The position numbers and the translations under genes were made by a program. Of a stretch of 64,000 nt of DNA, positions 1-9,666 are shown in pieces. A model generated the notes under the pieces. The model searched no databases. It worked only from the letters and a program-made list of their open reading frames with translations, and was not told the DNA's origin. This stretch comes from Labilibaculum sp. (lineage in GTDB: Bacteria; Bacteroidota; Bacteroidia; Bacteroidales; Marinifilaceae), in NCBI GenBank assembly GCA_016760525.1, contig JAESUW010000020.1, positions 1,044 to 65,043 on the forward strand. Reading direction: 5' to 3'. Within the stretch, counting starts at the first letter, position 1. Each line of letters opens with the position of its first letter.

Positions 1-1
1 C

Positions 2-571
2 AGTGCCACTTTAATAAATAATGTTGCGCAATGGGCAGAAGTAAATCCATACGATTTGCATTCTTTGGTTTCAAATGGATCTGGTTTTGATATTGCTTGT
101 GCAAATTACTGCAAACCAATCCTTTTTCGGCGGAATGGCAGTTATCCATTAATATATCCTGTCGATTTTCCGGAAAAATTCATGAGCCAGTTGTACTTTG
201 TCTATTTGGGTAAAAAGCAAAAGAGTAGCGATTCTGTTCGTGCTTTTTTGAATGAAGGTGAGTGTGAGCAAGAAAAGGTTGATGAAATAACTCAGATGAG
301 TAAAGATATTCTTTCAGCTGAAAATTCACAGGAATTCGATACGGTGATTAAGCTCCATGAGCTTTTGGTATCTGAATTGTTGGGGCAAAAATGTGTTAAG
401 GAAAAATTATTTTCTGATTTTGAAGGTTCTGTAAAATCGCTTGGAGCTTGGGGTGGAGACTTTGTTATGGTAAGAAGTGATTTGAGTAAAAAGGAAATAC
501 TCTCCTATTTTTATAAAGCGGGACTAACAAAAGTATTTTCCTGGAAAGAAATGGCACTAGGTACAAATTAA
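2..571 (+). CDS. GHMP kinase (GYDIA-type), probable phosphomevalonate kinase; 5' end lies outside the window
   Basis: Frame is open from base 2 (SATLINNVAQWAEVNPYDL...). Has GSGFDIA and C-terminal KSLGAWGGDF GHMP motifs and lies directly upstream of mvaD and mevalonate kinase. Confidence 0.8.
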   Translation, partial: SATLINNVAQWAEVNPYDLHSLVSNGSGFDIACANYCKPILFRRNGSYPLIYPVDFPEKFMSQLYFVYLGKKQKSSDSVRAFLNEGECEQEKVDEITQMSKDILSAENSQEFDTVIKLHELLVSELLGQKCVKEKLFSDFEGSVKSLGAWGGDFVMVRSDLSKKEILSYFYKAGLTKVFSWKEMALGTN

Positions 572-589
572 ATTATTGCTTACTAAACG

Positions 590-1642
590 ATGAAAAATAG
601 TACGAATTCAGGATCTGTAAGTTGGGAAAGTCCTTCAAATATTGCTTTGATTAAATATTGGGGTAAGAAAGGGAATCAGTTACCTTGCAATCCTTCAATT
701 AGTATGAGTTTAAAAAACTCTCTTTCTCTTACAAATCTTACCTATGAACCAAAGGGCAAGGGAGACCAATTGAGTTTTTTATTTGAAGGTAAAAGACAAG
801 AGCCATTTGAACAACGAATTGCAAATTTCTTTGAAAGTTTGTCTGATCAATTTAGTTTTTTGAAAGATTTTCAAATTTCTATTTCTTCAGAAAATACGTT
901 TCCACATTCTACGGGGATAGCAAGTTCTGCTTCAGCGATGAGTTCTTTAGCTCTTTGCTTGTGTAGTATGGAAGAGGAAGTAACAGGAGTGCAAGTTGAG
1001 AAAGATGAGTTTTATCGGAAAGCCAGCCTAATTGCACGATTAGGCTCTGGAAGTGCTTCACGATCTGTTTATGGTGGTTTTGTAGCTTGGGGAGAAAGTA
1101 ATTCTTTTTCCAAATCTTCCGATGAGTATGCGGTTCCTTTTTCGCAATATATTCATCCTGTTTTTCAGGATTTTCAAGATGCAATTCTATTGGTTAGTTC
1201 TGAAAAGAAAGTAGTATCCAGTTCTGCAGGACATCAGTTAATGGTAAATCATCCTTATGCAACAGCTCGTTTTGCTCAGGCAAATTCACATTTTGAAAGA
1301 ATGTTGGGTGTGCTAAGATCAGGCAATTTGGAAGAGTTTATTGAAATAATGGAAAATGAGGCATTGAGTTTACACGGATTAATGATGAATTCTACTCCTT
1401 CGTTTACTTTGTTGAAACCAAATACTCTTGAATTAATTGAGAGAATTAGATCCTTTCGGTTGAGTAGTCATATTCCAATTGGATTTACTTTGGATGCAGG
1501 ACCAAATATACATTTGATGTATCCTAAATCAGAAAAGGAAAAAGTAGTGCCTTTTATTGATTCAGACTTATCTCCGTTTCTGGAAAATGGGAAATACATT
1601 ATTGATGAAAAAGGGGAAGGGCCACAAAAAATTAAAATTTAA
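590..1642 (+). CDS. mvaD: Diphosphomevalonate decarboxylase
   Basis: SPSNIALIKYWGK, GIASSAS, ARLGSGSASRS and FTLDAGPNIH motifs. Confidence 0.93.
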   Translation: MKNSTNSGSVSWESPSNIALIKYWGKKGNQLPCNPSISMSLKNSLSLTNLTYEPKGKGDQLSFLFEGKRQEPFEQRIANFFESLSDQFSFLKDFQISISSENTFPHSTGIASSASAMSSLALCLCSMEEEVTGVQVEKDEFYRKASLIARLGSGSASRSVYGGFVAWGESNSFSKSSDEYAVPFSQYIHPVFQDFQDAILLVSSEKKVVSSSAGHQLMVNHPYATARFAQANSHFERMLGVLRSGNLEEFIEIMENEALSLHGLMMNSTPSFTLLKPNTLELIERIRSFRLSSHIPIGFTLDAGPNIHLMYPKSEKEKVVPFIDSDLSPFLENGKYIIDEKGEGPQKIKI

Positions 1643-1648
1643 AGAGCT

Positions 1649-2611
1649 GTGAGAATACATCCTGACTTATTTTATGCGAAAATATTACTCTTTGGCGAGT
1701 ACAGCGTTTTACTAAACTCTATGGGGTTAAGTATTCCTTATACTCATTTTAACGGAGAGCTAAGTTTTATTGGTGATGATAAATATACCGATCGGAAATT
1801 TGCTAAACGATCAAATTTGGAGTTGCTTAAGTTCTTGAAATACCTTAAAGACAATGTGTCTCAATATGATACTTTAATTGATTTACTTGCCTTTGAAAAA
1901 GACATTCAAAATGGCTTGTATTTTGAATCAAGCATTCCTGAAAGTTATGGATTGGGTAGTTCCGGAGCTTTGTGTGCCTCTGTTTACAAGAAATATGGTA
2001 TAAAACCAATTGGGAACAGTAAGAAATTAAAAAATGGAGAAATAATTCGGTTAAAGACTGTTTTAGCTCAATTGGAAGCTGGATTTCATGGTAAAAGCTC
2101 AGGTCTTGATCCACTAAATTCTTATTTAAAGGTTCCTTTGTTGATCCACAGTCAAGATGAAATTGAACAGGTTAGCTTACCGGGAAGAAAATTTGGTGAG
2201 GACAGTGCAATCTTTTTAATTAACTCTCATAAATCAGGAAATACTGAACCATTGGTTCGTTCATTTTTGAAGAATTGTGAAAATAAAGAGTTTGCCAATT
2301 TAATGGAACAGGAATTAATTCCAATGAATGATAAATGTATTCAGGAATTGGTAAATGGAAATGCAGATTCTTTTTTTTCCGAGCTGAGTCAACTCTCAGA
2401 ATTTCAGCTGACCAATTTTAAATCGATGATACCAGAGAATTTTCTCGATCTGTGGGAGGAAGGAGTTAGCTCACAAAAATTCTGGTTGAAGCTATGTGGC
2501 TCTGGTGGAGGCGGTTATTTATTGGGTTTTACAAGGAATTATTCTACTACAAAAGATTTTTTGAAGGAAAAAGGATATGATATTGTAACAGTTTATGAGA
2601 ATGAAAAATAA
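1649..2611 (+). CDS. mvk: Mevalonate kinase
   Basis: AKILLFGEYSV, PESYGLGSSGA, FHGKSSGLD and KLCGSGGGG GHMP motifs; GTG start; same operon as mvaD. Confidence 0.88.
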   Translation: MRIHPDLFYAKILLFGEYSVLLNSMGLSIPYTHFNGELSFIGDDKYTDRKFAKRSNLELLKFLKYLKDNVSQYDTLIDLLAFEKDIQNGLYFESSIPESYGLGSSGALCASVYKKYGIKPIGNSKKLKNGEIIRLKTVLAQLEAGFHGKSSGLDPLNSYLKVPLLIHSQDEIEQVSLPGRKFGEDSAIFLINSHKSGNTEPLVRSFLKNCENKEFANLMEQELIPMNDKCIQELVNGNADSFFSELSQLSEFQLTNFKSMIPENFLDLWEEGVSSQKFWLKLCGSGGGGYLLGFTRNYSTTKDFLKEKGYDIVTVYENEK

Positions 2612-2623
2612 TGATCAATTGTT

Positions 2624-2670
2624 TTATACCAAATGGACTTTAGTCTTGGCTATAAAGCTAAATGGTATAA
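2624..2670. repeat. Small MITE-like palindromic repeat, copy 1
   Basis: TTATACCA...TGGTATAA terminal inverted repeat; the interior aligns by eye with 13958-14008. Confidence 0.55.
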
Positions 2671-2727
2671 TGCCGGTGTATGTTGAATTGGGTCGTAGAT
2701 GAGCTTGCAAATTTATGATTCAAGGTA

Positions 2728-4650
2728 TTAGGCAATATGTAAAGGAATGCCGTATGTTACTTGTGTGCCATTCTGTTTTGGGTCTGTATTTTTTAAATCT
2801 ATAATCTCAAACTTCATCTTTTTAGATGATTTAAAGTTGTAAATTTTCACCCGGTCAAGAGCTATCGACGTTGCTATGGATTTATGATTTTTAGTTGCAC
2901 TTAATTTTTTTGCCTCGTCAATGCCAATTCCATTGTCTTTAATTTGAAAATATAACGAATCCATATTTTTATTGAGCGATACTTTAACTTGTATCCTGGC
3001 ATTAGGATTGTTTCGTAACATGCCATGAACTAAAGCATTCTCTACAAAAGGTTGAGCAAGCATTGGAGGAACAAGAACCTGATCCAGATCAATATTGTCG
3101 TCAATCTCAAATTCGTAATTAATTTCATTTTCAAACCTTAGTTTTTGCAGATCAATATAATCTTTTAGAGTTTCAAGTTCTGTTTTGAGTGATACAAATT
3201 CTTCTCTGGAGTTTTCTAGAATCCCTCGTACCAAACTTGCTAATTTGGAAAGGTAATTGTTGGCTTCTTTATTTTTATTATCGAGAATGAAACTCTGTAT
3301 TGCAGTTAATGAATTAAATAAAAAATGTGGATTCATTTGCGTTAACAGTACTTTCTGGCGCAAATCCATAATTTTGTGATCAACTCTAAGTTGGTTAATT
3401 CGCAGGGAGACCATAATGGCAGCAATACCCAATATTATCACGATTATTAGAACAATGATCCATGCATTTTTTTCACCTAATTCAAGATGCTGTATTTGAC
3501 TTTTTTGCTGAAGAACTTCCAATTCTCTTTTTTGCTGTTCTGATTCATATTTTGCTGTTAATTCTTTTACAGCTTTATTTTGGAAAATTGCAATTAAAGA
3601 ATCATTAATAAAATGGTATTTTTTTAAGTAGTTAATTGCTTCACTTGGTTGATTTTGTTTTTCTAAAAAACTGGAGTAGAAGAAATAGGTTTCTTTCAGA
3701 TCGATCGTTAATTGATTATCAAGGCAAGCCTGAATGGATTTTTTATAATATTTTTCAGCTTGTACATTCTCACCAATCTGGTCGTAGGTTGTAGCTTTGA
3801 GTAAAAATACTTTGCTGATTCCCCAACGGTCGTTGAGTTGAATTCGCAATTCTTCACAAAGATTGTAATAGTCCAATGCTTTGTTAGCTTGGTCAATTGC
3901 CTGATATGATTGACCAATATTCATGAGAATGGTCGATTTTTGTTGAGTATTTCCTGTTTTTTCATTTAAGGCTAGAGCTTTAAATCGATAAGATAGTGCT
4001 TGATCGTAATTTTCGAGTTCACTTTGTAGAACACCCATATTGATGAAGATGCTTGATAATCTATTGTCATCACCAAGATTTTCATAGATTTGTTGAGCAT
4101 TTTGGTAGAAACTTAATGCTTTATCAGGAAATCCAAGAGTTTGGTACAGTCCTCCAATATTGAAATATGTACCTCCAATTCCTTTTTTATAACCTAAGGA
4201 TTTATAAATTTTTAGAGCATAGAGGTATTGTCGTAAGGCCTGATCATATTTTCTTGTTCGTCGGTAAACAATTCCAATATTCCCACTTACTTTTCCAATA
4301 TTTAGACTGTCTCCTATTTCATTAAATTCGATTAGTGCTTTTTCGTAATAATATTGTGCAGAGTCAAAAATTCCCTGATAATAATATGTTACTCCTAAAG
4401 ATTTATAGGTAGAGGCTAAGATGTTGGAGTTATCTGATAACAGAGCCATTTCAAGTGCCAGTTTCCCTATTTTAATACTTTCATTATAGGATGAGTCACG
4501 TAATTGTTCAGCTTTTTTAATTGTTTCCGTTATTTGTTTTTCTTCCGGAAATTGCTCCTTTGGTATCGATTCAAGAGGGGCAAAATTGCTTGACAACAGC
4601 TGATTTGGTAGTAAACAAAACAAGAAAATTAGAAATGGAATAGTTCTCAT
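2728..4650 (-). CDS. TPR-repeat sensor histidine kinase (LytS/His_kinase family)
   Basis: Signal peptide, multiple TPRs, one TM helix, QMNPHFLFNSL H-box, QPFVENALVHG N-box, DNGIG. Confidence 0.9.
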   Translation of the reverse strand: MRTIPFLIFLFCLLPNQLLSSNFAPLESIPKEQFPEEKQITETIKKAEQLRDSSYNESIKIGKLALEMALLSDNSNILASTYKSLGVTYYYQGIFDSAQYYYEKALIEFNEIGDSLNIGKVSGNIGIVYRRTRKYDQALRQYLYALKIYKSLGYKKGIGGTYFNIGGLYQTLGFPDKALSFYQNAQQIYENLGDDNRLSSIFINMGVLQSELENYDQALSYRFKALALNEKTGNTQQKSTILMNIGQSYQAIDQANKALDYYNLCEELRIQLNDRWGISKVFLLKATTYDQIGENVQAEKYYKKSIQACLDNQLTIDLKETYFFYSSFLEKQNQPSEAINYLKKYHFINDSLIAIFQNKAVKELTAKYESEQQKRELEVLQQKSQIQHLELGEKNAWIIVLIIVIILGIAAIMVSLRINQLRVDHKIMDLRQKVLLTQMNPHFLFNSLTAIQSFILDNKNKEANNYLSKLASLVRGILENSREEFVSLKTELETLKDYIDLQKLRFENEINYEFEIDDNIDLDQVLVPPMLAQPFVENALVHGMLRNNPNARIQVKVSLNKNMDSLYFQIKDNGIGIDEAKKLSATKNHKSIATSIALDRVKIYNFKSSKKMKFEIIDLKNTDPKQNGTQVTYGIPLHIA

Positions 4651-4762
4651 ATGGTAAAGAAAGATGAATAGATGTAAACTAAAGTAGTAATACCTCTGTA
4701 CGATAGGATATCGTAGGTATCTAAATAATTGAGCAACACATTAGGAGTGTATTTTTATAGAT

Positions 4763-6694
4763 TCAGGTTTTGTATCCATTTAGGTTTATAGGGATTGAAT
4801 AACAGACAAGAGTCCCTTGTAATTTTGGATTTTGGTATTTCAAATCAATTATTTCAAACTTCATTTTTTTTGCTGATTTAAAATTATAAATTTTAACTCG
4901 GTCGATAGCAATTGATGTTGCAATAGATTTATGATTTTTAGTTGCACTTAATTTTTTTGCCTCGTCAATGCCAATTCCATTGTCTTTAATTTCAAAGTGT
5001 AGCAAATCATTATTTTCATTCAAGGATACTTTAATCTGTATTTTTGCATTAGGATTGGTTCTTAGCATTCCATGAACCAAAGCGTTCTCTACAAAAGGTT
5101 GAGCAAGCATTGGAGGAATAAGAATCTGATTTTGATCAATATTGTCGTCAATCTCAAATTCATAATTAATTTCATTTTCAAACCTTAGCTTTTGCAAGTC
5201 AATATAATCTTTTAGTGTTTCAAGTTCTGTTCTGAGCGATACAAATTCTTTTCTTGAGTTTTCTAGAATTCCTCTAACCAAACTTGCTAATTTGGAAAGG
5301 TAATTGTTGGCTTCTTTATTTTTATTATCGAGAATGAAACTCTGTATTGCGGTTAATGAATTAAATAAAAAATGAGGATTCATTTGGGTTAAAAGTACCT
5401 TTTGACGTAAATCCATAATTTTGTGATCAACTCTTAGTCGGTTAATTCGCAGGGAGACCATAATGGCAACAGCACCCAATATCATCACGATTATTAGAAT
5501 AATGATCCATGAATTTTTTTTGCCTAACTCAAGGTGCTGAATTTGACTTTTCTGTTGCAATAATTCCAGTTCTTTTTGACTTTTCTCTGCTTCGTAAGCT
5601 GCTGAAAGCTCAGCAAAACGATTTTCTGAAAATATTTTATTAAGAGAATCATTTACTTCATTCATCTGAGTTTGGTTCAGAAAAGCCTTTCTGAAATCTT
5701 GTCTTTTTTCATACAGTTTGGTTAACGAAAGTAATATCTCAGCTCGCCATTTAAGCATGTCATTTTCAATTGCTAATTGGTCAGCTTCGAGCATATATTG
5801 CTCCGCCAAATTACTATTTTCCTGACTTACAGCAATTTTTGCTAATTGCAATTTGGTGCTGATTAAGCCATCTTTATCACCTAATCGAATTCTAATTTCT
5901 TCTGCTTTTTTAACGTAATACGTAGCAGAATCCAATAAGCCTTGTGAGTGATATAGGTAGCCAATATTAAAAAGTAATTTAGACTCGAATAATACATTCC
6001 CAAGCTTTGAATTTTCATGAAGTGATTTGTTATAAAAATCTAAACTTTTGTTAAAGTTCTTGTTTTGTTCAGCTATCGCTCCAAGATTACAATAGGCATT
6101 AGCTATTTCTTTGGTGTTTTTGAATTTCTTAAAGTTAGAAAGGGCTAATTGATAATAGGTTTTGGCTGTTATCAAATTCTCTTGTAAATAGTACAGATTA
6201 CCCAAGTTATTGAATACACTTCCAAGCCCTTCTCGGTAATCAATCTCTTTATAGATGTTAAGGTTTTGAAGGTAATACTCCAGAGCCATATCATATTTAG
6301 CTTGCCTTTTGTATAGAAGGCCAATATTTCCTAGTACTTTACCTACATCTGATTTTGAGTTTAGCACCTCAAATTGTGAAATAGCCTTGTTGTAATATAA
6401 AAAGGAAGAGTCATTTTCACCATGATAGAAATAGTTTATTCCTTGTATTTTATAAGATTTTGAGAGGAGATTTGGATCTTGAATTTCTTCAGTTAATTGT
6501 ATCGCCTTTTGGCAAATCAAAATACTTTGTTCTAAAGATACGTTACGTAAGTATACAGATGAGTCTAAGTAGTGAACTATTTGCTGAGTAACAGAATTTT
6601 GATCTTGTTCATTAGTTCCAATAAATACATTAGAGAAAGTCGATAAATTAAAACAAATCAATATAAAAATCAGGCTAGTACGAAATAGCTTCAT
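4763..6694 (-). CDS. TPR-repeat sensor histidine kinase (LytS/His_kinase family), paralog of 2728-4650
   Basis: Same architecture and motifs; kinase module nearly identical to the neighbour. Confidence 0.9.
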   Translation of the reverse strand: MKLFRTSLIFILICFNLSTFSNVFIGTNEQDQNSVTQQIVHYLDSSVYLRNVSLEQSILICQKAIQLTEEIQDPNLLSKSYKIQGINYFYHGENDSSFLYYNKAISQFEVLNSKSDVGKVLGNIGLLYKRQAKYDMALEYYLQNLNIYKEIDYREGLGSVFNNLGNLYYLQENLITAKTYYQLALSNFKKFKNTKEIANAYCNLGAIAEQNKNFNKSLDFYNKSLHENSKLGNVLFESKLLFNIGYLYHSQGLLDSATYYVKKAEEIRIRLGDKDGLISTKLQLAKIAVSQENSNLAEQYMLEADQLAIENDMLKWRAEILLSLTKLYEKRQDFRKAFLNQTQMNEVNDSLNKIFSENRFAELSAAYEAEKSQKELELLQQKSQIQHLELGKKNSWIIILIIVMILGAVAIMVSLRINRLRVDHKIMDLRQKVLLTQMNPHFLFNSLTAIQSFILDNKNKEANNYLSKLASLVRGILENSRKEFVSLRTELETLKDYIDLQKLRFENEINYEFEIDDNIDQNQILIPPMLAQPFVENALVHGMLRTNPNAKIQIKVSLNENNDLLHFEIKDNGIGIDEAKKLSATKNHKSIATSIAIDRVKIYNFKSAKKMKFEIIDLKYQNPKLQGTLVCYSIPINLNGYKT

Positions 6695-6865
6695 ATTTTG
6701 ATATTTATGGTGATGGAAGTCAAAAAAATATTGATTTCATTCTTATGCAAAATAAAGAAATAGTTTTGATAATTAATACTAATATTATATTAATCTGAAT
6801 CAAAATATTTTAGATAGAGAGTTAAATCAGAACGTTTTTGTAATTTATTGAAGCTGGGAAAGCAT

Positions 6866-6897
6866 AAAAAAAGCCTGATCAAACGTTCAGGCTTTTT
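6866..6897 (-). terminator. Rho-independent terminator of fadL-like gene
   Basis: AAAAAGCCTGA-loop-TCAGGCTTTTT just downstream of the stop. Confidence 0.75.
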
Positions 6898-6919
6898 ACT
6901 ATATTATTTGAGTTTGGTT

Positions 6920-8218
6920 CTAGAAATTATACGATACGCCAATTCCTGGTAAAAATCCAGTATTTTCATATTCGCCACCAAAATAAACTGGTGTTCCATT
7001 TGTATCTGGGTTTAAGTTGTTGTTAGTGTCGTATGCAGTTGTTTTTTCTCCTTTGATATACAACAAAGAAACATCAACGCTTAATTTATCTGTTAGCATA
7101 TAAGATAAACCAGCTGAGATACCAATTTTGTTGGATCCTGGAGTTTCAGGTGTGTAAAACTTTTTGTTGGTTGGAGTTCCATCGTAATAGAAACCTGCAC
7201 GAATATCCAGTTTTTCATTAGCAGAATACTGTGCTCCAATTCTGTATGTTGTTGAGTTACTCCAATTTCTTGTGCTTTTAGAATCAACAAGTACAGGTAC
7301 TTCTACAGGACCACCAGGAGTAGAAACCATTGTAGTAGTATTCGTTTCGAAATCAAAATCTAAAGATTTGTATACATCCCACTGTACAAAATTTACATCT
7401 GCTGAAACTAACCATCTTTCATCGATCTGATAAGCAAGTCCAATATTGAAACTAGCTGGTAAAGGAAGTGTTGCCGCAACATTTCCATCAGGGAATAAAG
7501 GAGAAACAGGATCAATAACAGTAAAATCTACATCTCCATCAGCATATTTTAATTCTACATCTACTTGCGAGCGATATGAAAGACCAATGTTTAACTTCTC
7601 TGTTGGTTGAAGGAATATACCTAAATTATAACCATACTGAATTTTACTACCACTTATTTCTACTTCTCCATCAGGGGCTCCAAGAGAAGCTAACGGAAGA
7701 GCTCTATTTAATTCTACATTGCCGTATACAATATTAAGACCTGCTCCAACACTAATCCAATCAGCAAGCTGATAAGAAACTGTAGGTTGAATGTAAATAG
7801 CTTTCAAACTAATATCCTGAATCAAGTATTTTCCAGACCATGTTTTACCAAAATCAACAGTATTACCAAAAGGAGTATACACACCTAAACCAATAGCAAG
7901 CTTGTCATTAACTTTCATCGATCCATATAAATAGAATGGTGTTCCTGTTGGGTTATCAGTTTCTTCTTTACCCATAGCCCCCGTGAACTCAGTCTTAATT
8001 ATTGTAGCGAATCCTCCTACAGAGAAACTATATTTTTGATCTAGTGTGGCTAAAGCCCCAGGATTCCATTGCATACTACTGGCATCAAAATTTAATGCAG
8101 TACCAACGTGACCCATACCAGTTTGTTTATTACCTTGAACGTTAACTGCGTAACCTTCAGCCTTTACATTAATAGCCAGTGCAATTATAGCCAGAGCTAA
8201 ACATATTTTTCTTATCAT
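6920..8218 (-). CDS. fadL: OmpP1/FadL family outer-membrane transporter
   Basis: Signal peptide (MIRKICLALAIIALAINVKA), GMGHVG...NPGAL hatch motif, amphipathic beta strands, terminal YNF. Start moved to ATG 8218. Confidence 0.85.
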   Translation of the reverse strand: MIRKICLALAIIALAINVKAEGYAVNVQGNKQTGMGHVGTALNFDASSMQWNPGALATLDQKYSFSVGGFATIIKTEFTGAMGKEETDNPTGTPFYLYGSMKVNDKLAIGLGVYTPFGNTVDFGKTWSGKYLIQDISLKAIYIQPTVSYQLADWISVGAGLNIVYGNVELNRALPLASLGAPDGEVEISGSKIQYGYNLGIFLQPTEKLNIGLSYRSQVDVELKYADGDVDFTVIDPVSPLFPDGNVAATLPLPASFNIGLAYQIDERWLVSADVNFVQWDVYKSLDFDFETNTTTMVSTPGGPVEVPVLVDSKSTRNWSNSTTYRIGAQYSANEKLDIRAGFYYDGTPTNKKFYTPETPGSNKIGISAGLSYMLTDKLSVDVSLLYIKGEKTTAYDTNNNLNPDTNGTPVYFGGEYENTGFLPGIGVSYNF

Positions 8219-8451
8219 AAGTAGATGATTAATTAATTCGACGGAAATATAATCCAATTTCTATGTATTGCAAGAAGAATATCAAATTTTTAAAATGCAA
8301 AACCTTCTGTAAGCTACTCAAATTGCTATGTATGGATGTATCTAAATTTATAAGTAAGATGTCTGTTTTTGGTAGTAGGCTTAGTTTTTATTAAATTATT
8401 AATACTTTTAGCCTGAATAATAATTCCTTATTCAATTATATAAGCGTAAAC

Positions 8452-9594
8452 GTGAATAAAAAAACAGGAGGAGATTTTGTTTATCAAAGTTTTAAAGAAG
8501 GCTACAAAAGTGTTACGCCCTCTTTAATTAACCGTTCGTTTGAATGGAAGGATAAACAAATCAATATACTTTTAGAATCTGCCATGCTTGAATTGGGGGA
8601 ACTAAATGCTTATTCTAAATTTTTTCCTGAAATTGATGCTCATATTCCATTGTTTGTGGCACAGGAAGTTATCGCATCTAATTTAATTGAAGGCAATAAG
8701 AGTGATTTGTACCAGACTTTTGTTCCTGATGTTTCCAAGTCTTTTAAAAGTCAGTATGCGCAAAAAGAAATTTTGAATCATATAAAGGCTATTCATTGGG
8801 GCGTAAATGAACTGCAAAAATTCCCATTGTCTGTTCGTCTGATAAAAGAAGCTCATAAAATTCTATGTTCCGATCTTCCTATAAAGGAGGAGTTTGGCGG
8901 TAAAATAAGATCTTTCCTTCATACTCACGCGAACCCCTTTGAGGGAGAATCGAACTATACTCCACCTAACAAGCATGAGTTGAAAATTTTAATTAATGAT
9001 GGTAAAAAATTTTGGAGGAATGATGATCTTGAATTGCCTCAGTTAATTAAAATGGCTATTTCCTTATATCAATTTGAGAATATATTGCCTTTTCTAGATG
9101 GAAATGGAAGAACAGCCCGAACATTAATTTTGTTTGAGGTTATAAGTTTAAAATTTGTTGCTCGTCCAATATTTTGTCTATCGGTTTTCTTTGAAAAAAA
9201 TCGTTTGGAATATTACCATCGTCTTAATTTAATCAGAGCTAAGAATGATATTGAGCAATGGATTAAATTTTTCCTTACCGGAATAAAAGAATCGGCTATA
9301 CATAGTAAGGAACTTTTAGGTAATGTTGAAAATCTCAAGAAGCATTACGAGTCGGTTATTGAAGAAAAAATGGGTAAAAAAAGAAAACAATCGGCCAAGC
9401 AGTTGCTTTCTGAATTTTACGTAAATCCATTTATGTCGGTAAGCGATGTGAAGGATAAATTACAACTGAGTTTTCAATCAGCAAATTTATTGGTTAAAGA
9501 ATTTGAAACTCATAATTTATTGAAAGAGTACGCAGGGGCGCGAAGAAATAGAGTTTTTTATTTGTGGGAATACTTAAATTTATTCGAATTGTAA
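8452..9594 (+). CDS. Fic/DOC family protein with degenerate catalytic motif and C-terminal HTH-like region
   Basis: ASNLIEGN inhibitory-type motif; LPFLDGNGRTAR where HPFxDGNGRxxR is expected; C-terminal GARRNRVF. Confidence 0.85.
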   Translation: MNKKTGGDFVYQSFKEGYKSVTPSLINRSFEWKDKQINILLESAMLELGELNAYSKFFPEIDAHIPLFVAQEVIASNLIEGNKSDLYQTFVPDVSKSFKSQYAQKEILNHIKAIHWGVNELQKFPLSVRLIKEAHKILCSDLPIKEEFGGKIRSFLHTHANPFEGESNYTPPNKHELKILINDGKKFWRNDDLELPQLIKMAISLYQFENILPFLDGNGRTARTLILFEVISLKFVARPIFCLSVFFEKNRLEYYHRLNLIRAKNDIEQWIKFFLTGIKESAIHSKELLGNVENLKKHYESVIEEKMGKKRKQSAKQLLSEFYVNPFMSVSDVKDKLQLSFQSANLLVKEFETHNLLKEYAGARRNRVFYLWEYLNLFEL

Positions 9595-9611
9595 AAAAAT
9601 ATATTTAAAAG

Positions 9612-9650
9612 AAAAAAGAGCTTGATTCGAATTAGAATCAAGCTCTTTTC
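9612..9650. terminator. Bidirectional terminator between fic and sucD
   Basis: AAAAGAGCTTGATTC / GAATCAAGCTCTTTT perfect 15-bp inverted repeat between convergent genes. Confidence 0.85.
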
Positions 9651-9666
9651 TATTTGGGAAAGGTTT

